Shown: in pieces, positions 28,061-40,999 of the stretch
Position numbering within the stretch: the first letter of the stretch is position 1
Layout: every line of letters starts with the position of its first letter
Origin: the human T2T-CHM13v2.0 reference genome, Homo sapiens
Assembly: GCF_009914755.1 (NCBI RefSeq)
Contig: NC_060928.1
DNA length: 64,000 nt
Direction: 5' to 3' (one strand)
Made by a program: the position numbers and the translations under genes
Notes under the pieces: generated by a model
Seen by the model: only the letters and a program-made list of their open reading frames with translations
Databases searched by the model: none
Told to the model about the DNA's origin: nothing

Positions 28061-29733
28061 TAGGCAAGAGAGATCTGGAACAAACTCTGCCTAGAGGAAG
28101 GACTCCATATTAATCGTGTAACTGTTCCTATTTATCCCTCATCCCTCTCTTTGTGAAATGTGTATGTTGGGTGATCAAAGAAGGAAGCAAATTACTTAGT
28201 GTGCATTGTACTCAGTGTTACTAACTAATGAAGCTCATCTCACATACATCCAAAGGCCAGAAAAAATGAGTTGCTGGTGACTGAGCCAATAGTTAAATAA
28301 CTTTCCCTTTTATCTTTAAGAACATCTTTTTGTGCCTTTTTTCTTGGAAAATTACTCAAATGATCTACTTAACTATTAAGTTATGCAAATATAAAGTAAA
28401 AGAGCATCACGAGAAATAAATTTGAGAGAAGTGATTTTAAAGAGCCAAAATACTCTGCGTGATAGTGTAAAAAGTTGTTTGCATTATATAAAGTGTTAGT
28501 TGTCTTGGACTTTTTTTGGACAAATGTTTGTTCATTAACTATTAATTTAAGCTGTGATGTGTCTGCAAAATGTTATCTATTCTTATGGAAATGTGCTCTT
28601 GTTCAAGCCATTGTTGAGTACATGGGAGCTGAAACTAGACTTGGTGCACCAAAATTCTCACTTATAATGGAAGGAAATATGTACAAATGAATTAGGCAAT
28701 GTCGAGGCTGGTTCAATTTAAACCTGAACTGGCTTATTGGTCTTTCATATGGTATTATTTAAGACTGAATAAATAAGACTTTAGGAACAATAATGATACT
28801 AGCTTGTCGTATTAAGAAGAAATTATTCCATTTGGGTTCCCAGGACAATACACTCCTAATTGGTAGGGACTGAGGTCTCCCTTTAAGTCAGAGGATATTC
28901 TCACTTATAATCATCTGGGAAAGAGGCAAATCATGGGACAGACAAGGCCTGAGAGTTGGGGAATTTTTCCTCTACCTATGCCACATTTTCTTGGAGCCTG
29001 ATTTCAAGTAGTGGTGTGAAGTGTGCCTGAGGACTGTTTAAGAGACAGAAATTTTAAAAGACTAGCATTTTGTATTGGATGACAGGAATGTAGCTACAAA
29101 GGAAAGTATAATATTGATGAAAATTTCCTTCGGTCTGTGGATAATAACACCTACTATTTATATTTATGGTATTTTAGATAATTATAGTATAGCCTATTTA
29201 GTACATTATAGAAATTATAACATAACTATATTATACTAAGTACTTGATAGTGCTTAGTAATTTATCCTAACAACAAAGGCAAATTTTGTTTAGTGCTTAA
29301 TCATTTATCCTAACAACGAAGGCAAAATTTATCTCATTATCTCCATTTTATAGTAGTCATATCTAGTACTCTGTATAAATTTTGGTAATCGAAACTACGC
29401 TCAGTGAGTTAAAAGTACGACTTTGTGTCCATATTTGGAACAATGTCGTAATGGAAAACACAGAATTCTTCCCTTTGCAGGGACCACATAACCTCCACAC
29501 CACACATAACCTCCACACCAAACATAATAGTAGCAAATGATCTCAAAATGACAAAAAGTGATTAGCAGTCAATAGAGAAGAAGTTCTGAGCAGAGATTCA
29601 GATATGGAACCACATAATCCAGAAGACAATTAGGGGTACACGTTGCATCCTGACGGACTTCGGAGCACCTACGAGAAAAGATCATTCCCTTCAACTTCAG
29701 AATAAAATACTTGAGAGAAGAAAATGTTGTGGG

Positions 29734-30048
<315 letters not shown>

Positions 30049-30051
30049 GGG

Positions 30052-30176
30052 GTTTTTTTTAACTTGTATTTTAGGTTCAGGAATACATGTGCAGGTTCGT
30101 TATATGGATAAACTCATATCACAGGGATTTGTTGTGCAGATTATTTCGTCACCCAGGTATTAAGCCTAGTACCCAA
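30052..30176 (-). mobile_element. Short L1PA (older subfamily) 3' end
   Basis: ttttaggttcaggaatacatgtgcaggtt...tcacccaggtattaagcctagtacccaa. Confidence 0.8.
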
Positions 30177-30273
30177 GAGAATTTTGAAAAGGATGGGGAA
30201 GAAGGTGAGAAGTTCTGCTACCTGTAAGCAGGTGGGATGTCTCTAGCAAGCTGACAGTAATCACTGTAGATAG

Positions 30274-30553
30274 TCTTTCTTTTTTGAGACAAGGTCTGGC
30301 TTGTCACCCAGGCTGGAGGGCAGTGGTTAGATCTCGGCTCATTGCAGCCTTGACTTTCTGAGCTCAAGCAATTCTCCCACCTCAGCCTCCTGAGTAGCTG
30401 AGAATACAGGCACATGCCGCCACACCTATTTTTTGTAGAGACAGGCTCTTGCCATGTTGCCAAGGCTGGTCTCGAACTCCTGGACTCAAGCCATCTGCCC
30501 ACCTCAGCCTCCGAAAATTCTGGGATTACAGGCGTAAGCCACTGTGCTTGGTC
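30274..30553 (-). mobile_element. AluJ
   Basis: Dimer; TSD CACTGTAGATA. Confidence 0.9.
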
Positions 30554-30632
30554 CCACTGTAGATAATCTAAGTGTTTGTGTATCTTACTGACAAGTTAAA
30601 TATTCTGCGTAGCCAACTGTCATATAAATGAA

Positions 30633-30757
30633 CTTTTTGAAATGATGAGGTCTTGCTATGTTCCCCAGGCTGAACGCAAACTCCTGGGCTCAAACCATCC
30701 TCCTACCTCCACCTTCTGAGTAGCTGGGACTACAGTTACGTGCCACCACACCCAGCT
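30633..30757 (-). mobile_element. FLAM monomer
   Basis: Left-arm monomer; TSD TAAATGAACT. Confidence 0.82.
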
Positions 30758-31284
30758 CTAAATGAACTCTCTAGCAATGATGAATTAAACTTATAAATCT
30801 TATCAGAATACATGTGACTATGGTCGTTACTGATTTTATACCCATGTCCAAATGTAAGAGTCGAGGAAGCAGTACTGAAGCATGGCAGAAGGCACAAGTC
30901 TGTCAGGAGGCCTGAGATTTCTTCATATTATACTTTTAATTCATTGTATGACCTTGAGCAAATCATTTAATTCCTCAAAGACTACTCTTTCTCAACCATA
31001 AAATGAAGTTTATCTGCCTCTCAAACATCCATTCCAGTTACGGGTTTTTTCCCTGCTAATTCTGTTTAACTAAAAGCAGATCATCACTTAACTGAATGTT
31101 TAAAAAGTCTTAAAACTTACCATGAAGATTCTTGATGTCAAATTTGGTGAAAAATTGCACAATGATAAATTCCAATAACCTCTAAGATTAGCTTGGTAAT
31201 TTATTTAATACATTTGTAGAAAAAAAATTAAGTAGCTCCCCTGAATTTATTATAATCTACCCATATTCAAGTTATCATTACTTT

Positions 31285-31726
31285 CGGAGACAGCCAAATG
31301 CCTAGGCAGACAAAAAGGGGTCCCCAGAAAAATCTCCCACCTGCCCCACAAGTGTTCACATCAGATGCTTTTGTGCAGATGAGGGAACCTGCCCAGTGCC
31401 TTGTGTGAACATGCCCATATGCGCACTGGGGGAATGGGGTGGAACCAGGGCAGGGGAAGGAGGCTGGCCTCTTCAGTTCCTATGTGGTGGCTTGGGATTC
31501 AATCTGTGAGGTGCCTTTTCAGTCCCTGTGCAGTAGCCTGGGATTCAGTCTATGAGGTGGGGGCCTGATAACAGGACTCTATCTCGCTTTGGTGAGTTTT
31601 TTCTTTTTCCTTTTGCCCAATAAAATCCTGCTCTACTCACCCTTCAATGTGTCCACGTGTCTAAGTTTTCCTTGTCATGTGACAAGAACCTGGTTTTAGC
31701 TGAACTGCGGGGCAAAATTCTGCATT
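31285..31726 (+). mobile_element. MER61-like ERV1 LTR
   Basis: Resembles the recalled MER61 consensus (GCCAAATGCCTAGGCAGA...GGGAACCTGCCC...GACAAGAACC...AGCTGAACT); AATAAA near 31619. Confidence 0.72.
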
Positions 31727-31914
31727 TCTAAATGCTTGCATTTGTGATCAAACTTTAATTGAACTGGTTATCAACCTTTTCTACTGAAGGGTCAGATTTA
31801 AACATTTTTTTCTGATTACAGAAGTATTAAATAATAATTGTCAAAATTGAGAAAATAGAGAAGAGAAATAAAGCTCCCAACATTCACAGTCTTGAAATAA
31901 TTACTGTTAGCATT

Positions 31915-33950
31915 TTGATATTTACCATCCAGCCTTTATTTTCAAGAAACACGTGTAAGAAAGAATGTAAGAATGTATATGTTTTGTTTTAAACATCATT
32001 TGGAACATACATATAATTTTCTATCCTGATTTTTCACACATTATTCAGCAAGCATTTTTCCATATTGTTTTAAAAAATATATTTATTATGTCTATATAAC
32101 AAGAATACACCAGCAAATTTAATCATCCTTCAATTTTTGAGCATTTAGTTTGTTTCTGGCTCTTGGTATTTCCAAATAATTTCTCAGAATGAGTTTCATT
32201 ATCTGCAGCAGTTTAGAATAGTACCATTTCATTGTATCCTTGCAAATACTGAATATTTCTAACTGTAAAGCTTTGTTAACTTGACAAGTGAATCAATACA
32301 AATGACTAAAACATGCATTTTAATTTGCATTATTTTGCTTAGTGAAGTTTTTAAATGTCTTATTCATTTGTATTGCTTCTGAGGATCATTCATATCCTTA
32401 ACTGAGAGAACAGATTTACTATAAAAAAATTATTTTTAAGTGAGATTCAGTTTTAATAACGGTTTATAGAATGTCTATAGGAAGTGCTGTCAAGTCTATA
32501 GCTGCATTTTTTTAATCAAACTTTTTATATTGAGACAATTGTGTCACATGCAGTTTTAAGAAATAATATACAGATGACCGTGTATATCTTTAATCTAGTT
32601 TCCCCCAGTGGTGACATGTTACAAAACTATTGCAATATCACAACCAGAATACTGACATTAATATAGACAAGATGCAGGATTTCCATTCCCTGACCCATGG
32701 CAATCAATTATTCTGTTGTCCACTTACATAAATTTATCAATTCTGAGATGTTACATAATGGAATTACACAGTATATAAGCATTTGAGATTGGCTTTTTCT
32801 TTAACCATAATTTCCTACAGATTCATTTCAGGGTGTGTTCATCAATACTGTGTTCCTATTTGTTACTAAATATTCCATAGGATAGATGTACCAGTTTCTG
32901 TAAACATTTATAGTTGAATTTTAATGACTATTTCATTAATACATTTGTCTAATTTCAGGGGTTGGAAGGAGAAAAGAAAATGCTTTCACTAGGAAGTCAT
33001 TCGGTCATCCCAACATTCACTGAAAGCAAACCATTGGGACAAATGTTATCCTATGCTTCTGATTACAAAACAACTAAAACCCAAATAAAATAAACATTAG
33101 TAAGTAGCAGTGCTAAGATTGAAACCAGATACGTATTTAAAGAAGCAAGAAAATGAGTTCAGAGAACATTTTATCATCAATAAAAACTTTCTAAAATGTA
33201 ACAATTTTTCTAGGTTTAATTAAACAGGCTAAAAACTTGATGTGTCCAGTCCATGAGAGCATCCTCCTATCCACTGGACGAGGTGTCTACTAAACCACAT
33301 CTTATATCTATTGTGAGGCCAACTGTCTTGAGGCCAAACAAGACGCGAATTATATGGTAGCACTTGAGAGGGCTGCGGACACATTAGAGCAGCTTTCTCT
33401 TCCCATCTACAGCAGTTCTGGGCAGCATGCTTGGAATGGCAACGCTGACGTCCCCGAAAAACCCCAGCCCTCTTGCCAATTTCCTCTGAACCCCAACTAC
33501 CCAACCCAAAATTATGTGAAGATCTGATTTTCAAACAAAACGAGGACAATAATGCACCATTATTACGTTTCCCTAAAACATTAACAGTATGGAAATTAAG
33601 ACACAAACCAGAGACCGGAAAAAAATCTTGGTGCGTTCAAAGTAACCTCAATCAGTTCCCGAGTCTATTTTCCGCTTATGGTGCAATATTAACAAAAACT
33701 AAGCACACCGTGCAGAGAAACGCCCCTTCGCACTTATGACTTCCGGCCTGGGACTCTGGCTCCTCACACGCCTTTGATACAAAGTTCGAAGGCTGAGCCT
33801 TAGCCATGCCACGCCCAGCGTGCTCCGGACGAGGATGCCCGAAACTGCAATGAGAGAGGGAAATTTCCTAGTCAGGTCAAGGTCCAACAAAACAAACGTC
33901 CGCACGCAGGAATTGAACCGTCTCGCAGGCAGAGGCGGCTGAACCAGGAG
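31915..33950 (-). ncRNA. Possible divergent lncRNA from the AP1AR promoter
   Basis: Bidirectional promoter motifs; minus-strand AATAAA signals (TTTATT at 32082 and 31935); my recollection of an annotated AP1AR divergent transcript. Boundaries are guesses. Confidence 0.3.
32508..32915 (-). mobile_element. L1MC-type 3' fragment
   Basis: tcacatgcagttttaagaaataatata...tttcccccagtggtgaca...tcacaaccagaatactgacatt. Confidence 0.7.
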
Positions 33951-34174
33951 CGAGCGGAAGTGACGCACAGGCCGGTCGCCAGAGAAGGCGGGGCACCGAG
34001 GTACCGCGCCCAATTGGGGCGCGGGAGAGGCCGGGGGTGTGGCAGCGTTGGCGGCGAGCAGGGGCCTGGGCGCGCTGGGGGCGGGGCCAGGGTGCTCGGC
34101 TCGCGGGGACTGGCCTCCTTCGGCAGCTGGAGGCGGTCACTCACGCTGGGCTAGGAGCTGAGGCGAGAAGGGCC

Positions 34175-34255
34175 ATGCGGACGGCGAGGGAGTCCAGAGC
34201 CTTGAGCCCGGTGCTCCTCCCTCGCGCAGCGGTGGCTCTGCGGCCGCTGGAGTAA
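34175..34255 (+). promoter_or_regulatory. Candidate uORF in the AP1AR 5' UTR (26 aa, MRTARESRALSPVLLPRAAVALRPLE)
   Basis: GCCATGC start and TAA stop; only relevant if the TSS lies upstream of 34175, which is inferred from promoter motifs. Confidence 0.5.
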
Positions 34256-34369
34256 ACACTGCCTTTGTTCCCTAGCGCCTCGTCTTTCGTCGCCCCGTGC
34301 CCTCACGCCGCCGGGCTCTGGCCGGCCCGCCCTCGGTCCTTGAACCCCATTTCGGCTCGTGCCGTGCGG

Positions 34370-34513
34370 ATGCAGCTGCCGGGCCTGGGTTTGGGCATTG
34401 AGCGGGAGGAGGAGGAGGAGCGGCGGCGCCTGGGCGGCATGCGATGGGGAACTGCTGCTGGACGCAGTGCTTCGGACTGCTTCGCAAGGAAGCGGGGCGG
34501 CTGCAGCGAGTAG
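34370..34513 (+). promoter_or_regulatory. Out-of-frame ORF overlapping the AP1AR start codon (ATGs at 34370 and 34439)
   Basis: Both ATGs share a frame shifted from 34444 and end at TAG 34511-34513. Confidence 0.55.
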
Positions 34514-34526
34514 GCGGCGGCGGAGG
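34444..34526 (+). CDS. AP1AR: AP1AR (Gadkin) coding exon 1: MGNCCWTQCFGLLRKEAGRLQRVGGGG(G)
   Basis: ATG at 34444 in strong Kozak context (GCGATGG) within a CpG island; donor GG|GTAAGC at 34526/34527; 83 nt, phase 2. The translation matches the N-terminus I recall for AP1AR, with Gly2 and the Cys4/5/9 lipidation cluster. Confidence 0.95.
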
Positions 34527-36209
34527 GTAAGCCCGCTGGGGGAGGGGCCCGGCCCCCGTGGCTCCTCCTCTTCGGCCCCCGGCGGGGAATCCCTTTCACC
34601 GTCCCCCGGCGGCTGGAGGTGGCGGTCGAGAGCCCTGCTACACTCACTGCTTAGCAGACGTCAGACTGGTGGTCGTCTTGGAGGCCCAGTCTGGGGTCCG
34701 GTCTTGGGGCCTCCTCGGAAAGAGGTAGAAGAGGGGGCGGGGTGTCCCTCCTGCCAGGGCGCCCTGTCACGCGGGGAAGGAGTCACGGGAGACATCATCT
34801 CCAGGAAACAAGGGGTAGCTTCGCGCTAATGGGCTGTAGGACCGGCTCCACGGCAACCTGGACACACCCTGCGCTGAGCTTAGGTTTAACGCCAAAGCTA
34901 GTATCCCTGTATCTGACCCTCTCTTTAGCCCTGGCAGAGCAGGTGGGATCTGGCTCCGGAGTTAATGCCTCAGATTGATTTTAAGTAGAAGTCATTTGGA
35001 TGCTGGAGTAAAATAAGGTTCCAGATACTGATGAACTCTGGTAGCTACAAAGACTTGCTGAATTGCAGAGTTCCCAATGGGCATTCAGATTCTTGGTGCT
35101 CATAACTACAGGGACAATGTGTAATTTTTTCGTATTAAGTTTTTGAAATTTCGAGAGGAATTCCTTGCCCTGATTGCTACTCAAACGTCCTGTAACATTA
35201 GGTAAATTGCAGTCCTTCTGAACTTCACTTCTCTTGAGTAAACCTGGGATATTGCTTAGGTTTTGTATATGCACCATCCACAGAATAGTAATTTCATAAT
35301 TCCGTTTTTGTGTTTTTTTATTTCATATATATTGAAAAAATTAGAGCAAATTCCTTTGGGGTTGGCTTTGTTGTTATTAAATGTCCCTCCGGAATTCAAA
35401 CCTAGAATTGAAAATCTGAACCAAGCCAGTTTGTGTAAGGACTAAGACTGTTTTGCACTTTCTGAAACAGATTGCTAATTTTTCATAATCTGTTCCATTT
35501 AACTAACATTATTGGGTAATAAGATGTTCAACATAAATAAATTGCAGTAAATGATCATAATTTGAATCTTTGGTAATGGAGATCTTATAAAATATAGGAT
35601 TCTCATTCATTAATTAGGCATTGTGTCACCTCTCTGATACAAAATAGCTAAGGTTTTACACTAAGTATCCCTAGAATGGAAGGGCAAGGATTTGCAGTTT
35701 GTGCCTAGTGTAATATTTCGATTTCCCTAATTTATGAGTTATTACTCTTGAGTGGGACATGACAGTTGTTTTATCTTGTCATCCAGGATCATCTGGTTTA
35801 AGTATTTATAATTTTTGTGTGTGAATGAAACTTACAAGGTCAAGCTGCTTAAGTAGGCTTGCCCAATAACTAGATGCCACACAATCTTTGGCTTTTACTA
35901 TTATTTGTAGTTGTGTTACAGGGCGTTAAATTCTAACTCCAAGAAAGTTGGTTGGTGAGGGAGCAGTACTTACATTCTAAATGGATAAGCAAAAAACTTT
36001 ATATTTGACTTTGGACTACATGATGTGTCTGTGGACTTTAGTTTTGTTTTTTTCATGGGGTCTCCGTAGAGTACGGCATTAAAATTGTAGGTTCTACTCC
36101 CTCAGCTCGTGAGCTTGGCAGCACAGGGAGGTGGCAGGAGGAAATCCATGAATCAGCGTGAGTGTTAATTGTCTGTAGATATGCCATAAAAACATAAGCA
36201 GGTGGAGTA

Positions 36210-36510
36210 TTTCTTTCTTTTTTTTTGAGACGGAGTCTCGCTCTGTCGCCCAGGCTGGAGTGCAGTGGCGCGCGATCTCGGCTCACTGCAACCTTCGCCT
36301 CCCGGGTTCACGCCATTCTCCTGCCTCAGCCTCCTGAGTAGCTGGGACTGCAGGCGCCCGCCACCATGCCCGGCTAATTTTTTTGTATTTTTAGTAGAGA
36401 CCGGGTTTCACCCTGTTAGCCAGAATGGTCTTGATCTCCTGACCTCATGATTCGCCAGCCTTGGCCTCCCAAAGTGCTGGGATTACAGGCATGAGCCACC
36501 GCGCCCGGCC
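36210..36510 (-). mobile_element. AluY
   Basis: Full dimer; TSD AGCAGGT(G/T)GAGTATTTCTT. Confidence 0.95.
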
Positions 36511-36512
36511 AG

Positions 36513-36730
36513 CAGGTTGAGTATTTCTTATCTGAAATACTTGCTTTGGAGTTCAGATTTTTATTCAGATTTTGGAATATATGCATTATATACTGGTGTA
36601 GTATCTGAAAATCTGAAATCCAGAATTCTCCAATGAACATTTTCTTTGAGTAACATGTTGGCACTCAAAAAGTTTCAGATTTTGGAACATTTCAGATTTT
36701 GGGTTTTGGGGTTAGGTATACTCAACTTGT
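36513..36730. mobile_element. Tigger-derived MITE (MER46/Tigger4a-like)
   Basis: Terminal inverted repeats caggttgagtat...atactcaacttg. Confidence 0.75.
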
Positions 36731-37859
36731 GGTTGGATTTTTACTGTTTGTGGGCAAAGCTCTTTGAACAAGTCCTGTGGAGGCAGTGAGAGTTTATAGG
36801 TTGTGGACACTGTCATCTAAAATTATATAATGGTGATATTGATCCTATTACTTTAAGTCTATAAACAGGATTTGACGGTTCCCTTACTTGAATTTTCTGA
36901 TTAACTTATTGTTTAACATCAATTTTAATACTGTTTTAGCAGCTTCCAGTAAGCATGTAGAGACAGATGGATATAGTTACTTGTGCAGTAAGGTTAAACT
37001 CTTATTTTAGTTGTTTTTTTTTTTTTATCAGCTGTTTTGATTTTCTTTCAAGTATAGGTCTGGATAGTTAGTAGTTCTTCTAAAGGTGAAAAAGTTGAGG
37101 AGTAATCACAAAAACTTGATTTGATCCTATATGTCTTTGTAGTGACCACAAAAGAAGAGGGTGTCCTCAACTTTTTTAGCTTGATTTAAGCTAGACTTCA
37201 CAGGGAAGCCTTATGATCTAAGGCCTGGTTTCTGAGTCTTGCAGATTGACATACCCCTGAGAAATCTCAAAATCAGATCACTCGTTTTTTACTATTTTAA
37301 TCTCAAAACCAGAATTACCACTTTTTCCAGTTTATAAAATACTAGGGAATTCTAGTATTGTATATTCTAGGATATCTGTTTCACCAGTCAAAATATCAAT
37401 ATCAGTGTTGACGTATGTTGGAAACCCTACTACTAATGAAGTCATTTGGTGATTAAAGCAGAGAGAATTAAATATCTTTAAGGAATAAAACTTAGGCATC
37501 CTAATGAGTCATACTTCTTCACTGGAGTTTTGCCTGCCAACACTTTCTACAGGGCTCCATCTGCTGGTCAGTTCTCCTGTTTCTCTGAGCAGGCCTTTGT
37601 ATAGACTTAGTTTTTTCTTTCTCAGATAGAAGACCCAATTAAGTTTTGTTGTGTTGTATTTAATTCCTATTTCTATATTACTGTATAATTCCACATAGTG
37701 ATTCCACTTAAGATAAACTAGTTTTTATAGAAAGGTAAACCATATTTTGTATCCTCATCAATATGTAACATTTGTTGGCCTTTTTGGCTCCAGCAGCCAA
37801 GTTGCTTTCAGGCAATAGTTCACAGTGATTTGCTTTTCCATTCCTAGTAAAAATGATTT

Positions 37860-38090
37860 TAATAATAACTGACAACATTCCGTTACTTCCTATGTGCCAG
37901 GCACTGTTCTAAGTACTTTATATTATCTCACTTATTCCTCCCCGCAATCCTGTGAGGCAAGTAAGTATATATATTATATATATTATAGGTTGAAAACTGA
38001 AACTTAGAAAGTTGAACTTTCCCAAGATAGCAGAGCTGGGATTGCAACCCAGGTCCCTCTGAATTCAGAGTTCTTATCCTTAACCACCAC
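37860..38090 (-). mobile_element. MIR
   Basis: tatgtgccaggcactgttctaag...gcagagctgggattgcaacccagg. Confidence 0.75.
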
Positions 38091-38753
38091 AAATAGTTCA
38101 TGGCACTTTATTCTATAGGTAAACATTTGGTTGCTATCTCTCTCATTGCAGTATCTTGAACGTTGTCACCAGAAGAACTTATGAATATACCTGAACAACT
38201 TGACTCTTTATTCTGTGTGCTAAGCTGTCTTTTTCTTGAAACTATGCGCTTGACTTCCACAATATCACCTTTATCTTATTTTCCTGTTTCTCTCCTAGCT
38301 ATTCTTACTCTGTCTATTAAATGTGGAGATTTTCTTGTCTTCTCTTTTTTAATTTCCTTCATATGTGTATTACCTGCCCCTGAAGAAATTTTACCCATTC
38401 CTATGATTTCAACCACCACTACTTCCAAATCTCATCTTCTGCTTGTAGATCTTTTCAGTTGTCTACCTAAGAGGCACTCTTGGATATATTCAATTAAATC
38501 TCTATATATTATTTTCAGTCTCTCCTTAAACATACTGAACCTGTTTTCTTCCTGTCTTCTGCCATAAACATTGCCTTTCAAACTGCTTAGTCAGCAGCTT
38601 CCAGACTACTCTCTCTATTGTAGCTCTCATACTTCAGCCCACCCTCCCTTCCTATCATGAGTTAGGCTTTCTAAAACCCGCATTGGATTGTTTCTTTCCT
38701 TTGCTCAGCAACTTCCATCTGCTCCCTGATTCCCATAGCTAAATTTCTAAGTC

Positions 38754-39055
38754 TTTTTTTTTTTTTTTCCCCCAAAAAGGAGTCTCGCTCTCTTGCCCAG
38801 GCTGAAATGCACTGGCACAATCCTGGCTCACTACAACCTCCACCGCCTGAGTTCAAGTGATTGTCTTGCCTCAGCTCCGCAAGTAGCTGGGATTACAGGC
38901 ACCCACCACCATGCCTGGCTAATTTTTGTATTTTTAATAGAGACAGGATTTCACCATGTTGGCCTGGCTAGTCTCGAATTCCTGACCTGAAACGATCTGC
39001 CCACCTCGGCTTCCCAAAGTGCTAGAATTACAGGCACGAGCCACTGCGCCCGGCC
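38754..39055 (-). mobile_element. AluS
   Basis: Full dimer. Confidence 0.93.
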
Positions 39056-39461
39056 CTAAATTTAAAAGTCTTTTTTCCTTCTGTGACAGCATGATGAATT
39101 ACATGGCATTCAAATGTATGGCATACTGTCCCTTTGTATACTCAGGATGATATTTAGTTCTATATTTGGGTTTCTATAATCTCTTTGTCAAAAAATGTCA
39201 GGATACAAATCAGTGAGAAAAACATTAAAAGAATAACATTAAAGCTATTCTAATTTCAAAAAACGTGTCATTCATAAATCTTAGCATTTTAACTTTTTGA
39301 TAACTTACTATCCTCCCAACTACTAGTTTAAACTTTGGACAAAGCAATGTAACCTTAACCTGTTTTTACCAGTGTTATTCTCTCCCATCCTCTCTCTTAC
39401 CACTTTTAATATCCTATATACCAGATGGACTGTGCTTGTTCTTGTTTTCCTAAAATACAGT

Positions 39462-40113
<652 letters not shown>

Positions 40114-40270
40114 TCTGTGATATTCCTTCTTTTTTTAGTTTTTTTGTGAGCTTTCACTTACCTTTACCTTACCTTACTTACCTTCCCTATGAAACCCGCT
40201 CCAAGCCCCTGAAACCATATTATCTCCCTGAGGAAATAATATTTTCTACAGGCTTATTTTTGCTCTATAT

Positions 40271-40491
40271 CAAGGGTTGGCAAACTTTTTCTGTAATGGG
40301 CCAGATAATATGTATTTTAGGGTTGGCAGGTGGTATGGTCTGTCACAACTACTGAACTTGCCTGTTTTAGTGCAAGAGCAGCCATAGACAGCATTTCAAC
40401 AAATGAGTGTGGCTATATTTCAATGCAACTTTATTTACAAAAATAGGCAGAGGGCCAGATTTGGCCAGTGGGCCATAGTTGCCAACTCCTG
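40271..40491. mobile_element. MER58A hAT element
   Basis: Inverted termini caagggttggcaaac...gttgccaactcctg. Confidence 0.82.
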
Positions 40492-40999
40492 GTACCATAT
40501 GTACCATGATGTACGCTAAGAGCTCCTCAAGGAGGTCAAGGACTGTGTTTTATCACTCTCTCCATTCTCAGTATCTTACATTTGTTGAATGAACAGCCAG
40601 AAGAGTTATTTGAACTTGCAGGATCTACAAAACTACAATTTCTCCTATCCTTCATTTTTTTAAGGCCTAAAGATAATTCCCTAACTTTGGCAAAAACACC
40701 ACATACCCAGATACTTAAACACATATCCTACCAGTTTTATATTGACTCACTATTTTTTTTAAAGAGATCATATTGAGTACCTTTGAGAATTTTAAAAATA
40801 TTTATTATAATATATATTGCTAAAATATAGAAATCAATAGTGTCAGCATTAGAAGATTTATTTTGGTTCTGCATGTTTTTCAGTTTTGAAAAAATATAAA
40901 AGTGTAAGATGTTTCTCTTGGAATTTCAGAAGATAGGAAGGAAAACAGTAGTGCATTTAAATGGATATGGATTTTTTAAACATTCTTTGTTAAACCTTA

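Larger units (their letters stand above)
33700..34900. promoter_or_regulatory. CpG-island promoter of AP1AR, probably bidirectional
   Basis: Abrupt GC/CpG-rich segment. ETS-CRE composite CGGAAGTGACG 33955-33965; reverse ETS ACTTCCGG near 33739; palindromic CCAATTGG 34010-34017; GC box near 34077-34087; kB-like GGGAAATTTCC 33858-33868; Inr-like TCACT near 34137. Confidence 0.9.

Noticed and set aside
33699-34978. Many ORFs across the CpG island
   Set aside because: Expected from high GC content; only the spliced 34444 frame and the uORFs have supporting context.
38163-38567. 134-aa hydrophobic ORF in intron 1
   Set aside because: Non-ATG start, overlaps T-rich decayed L2-like sequence, no splice or family support.
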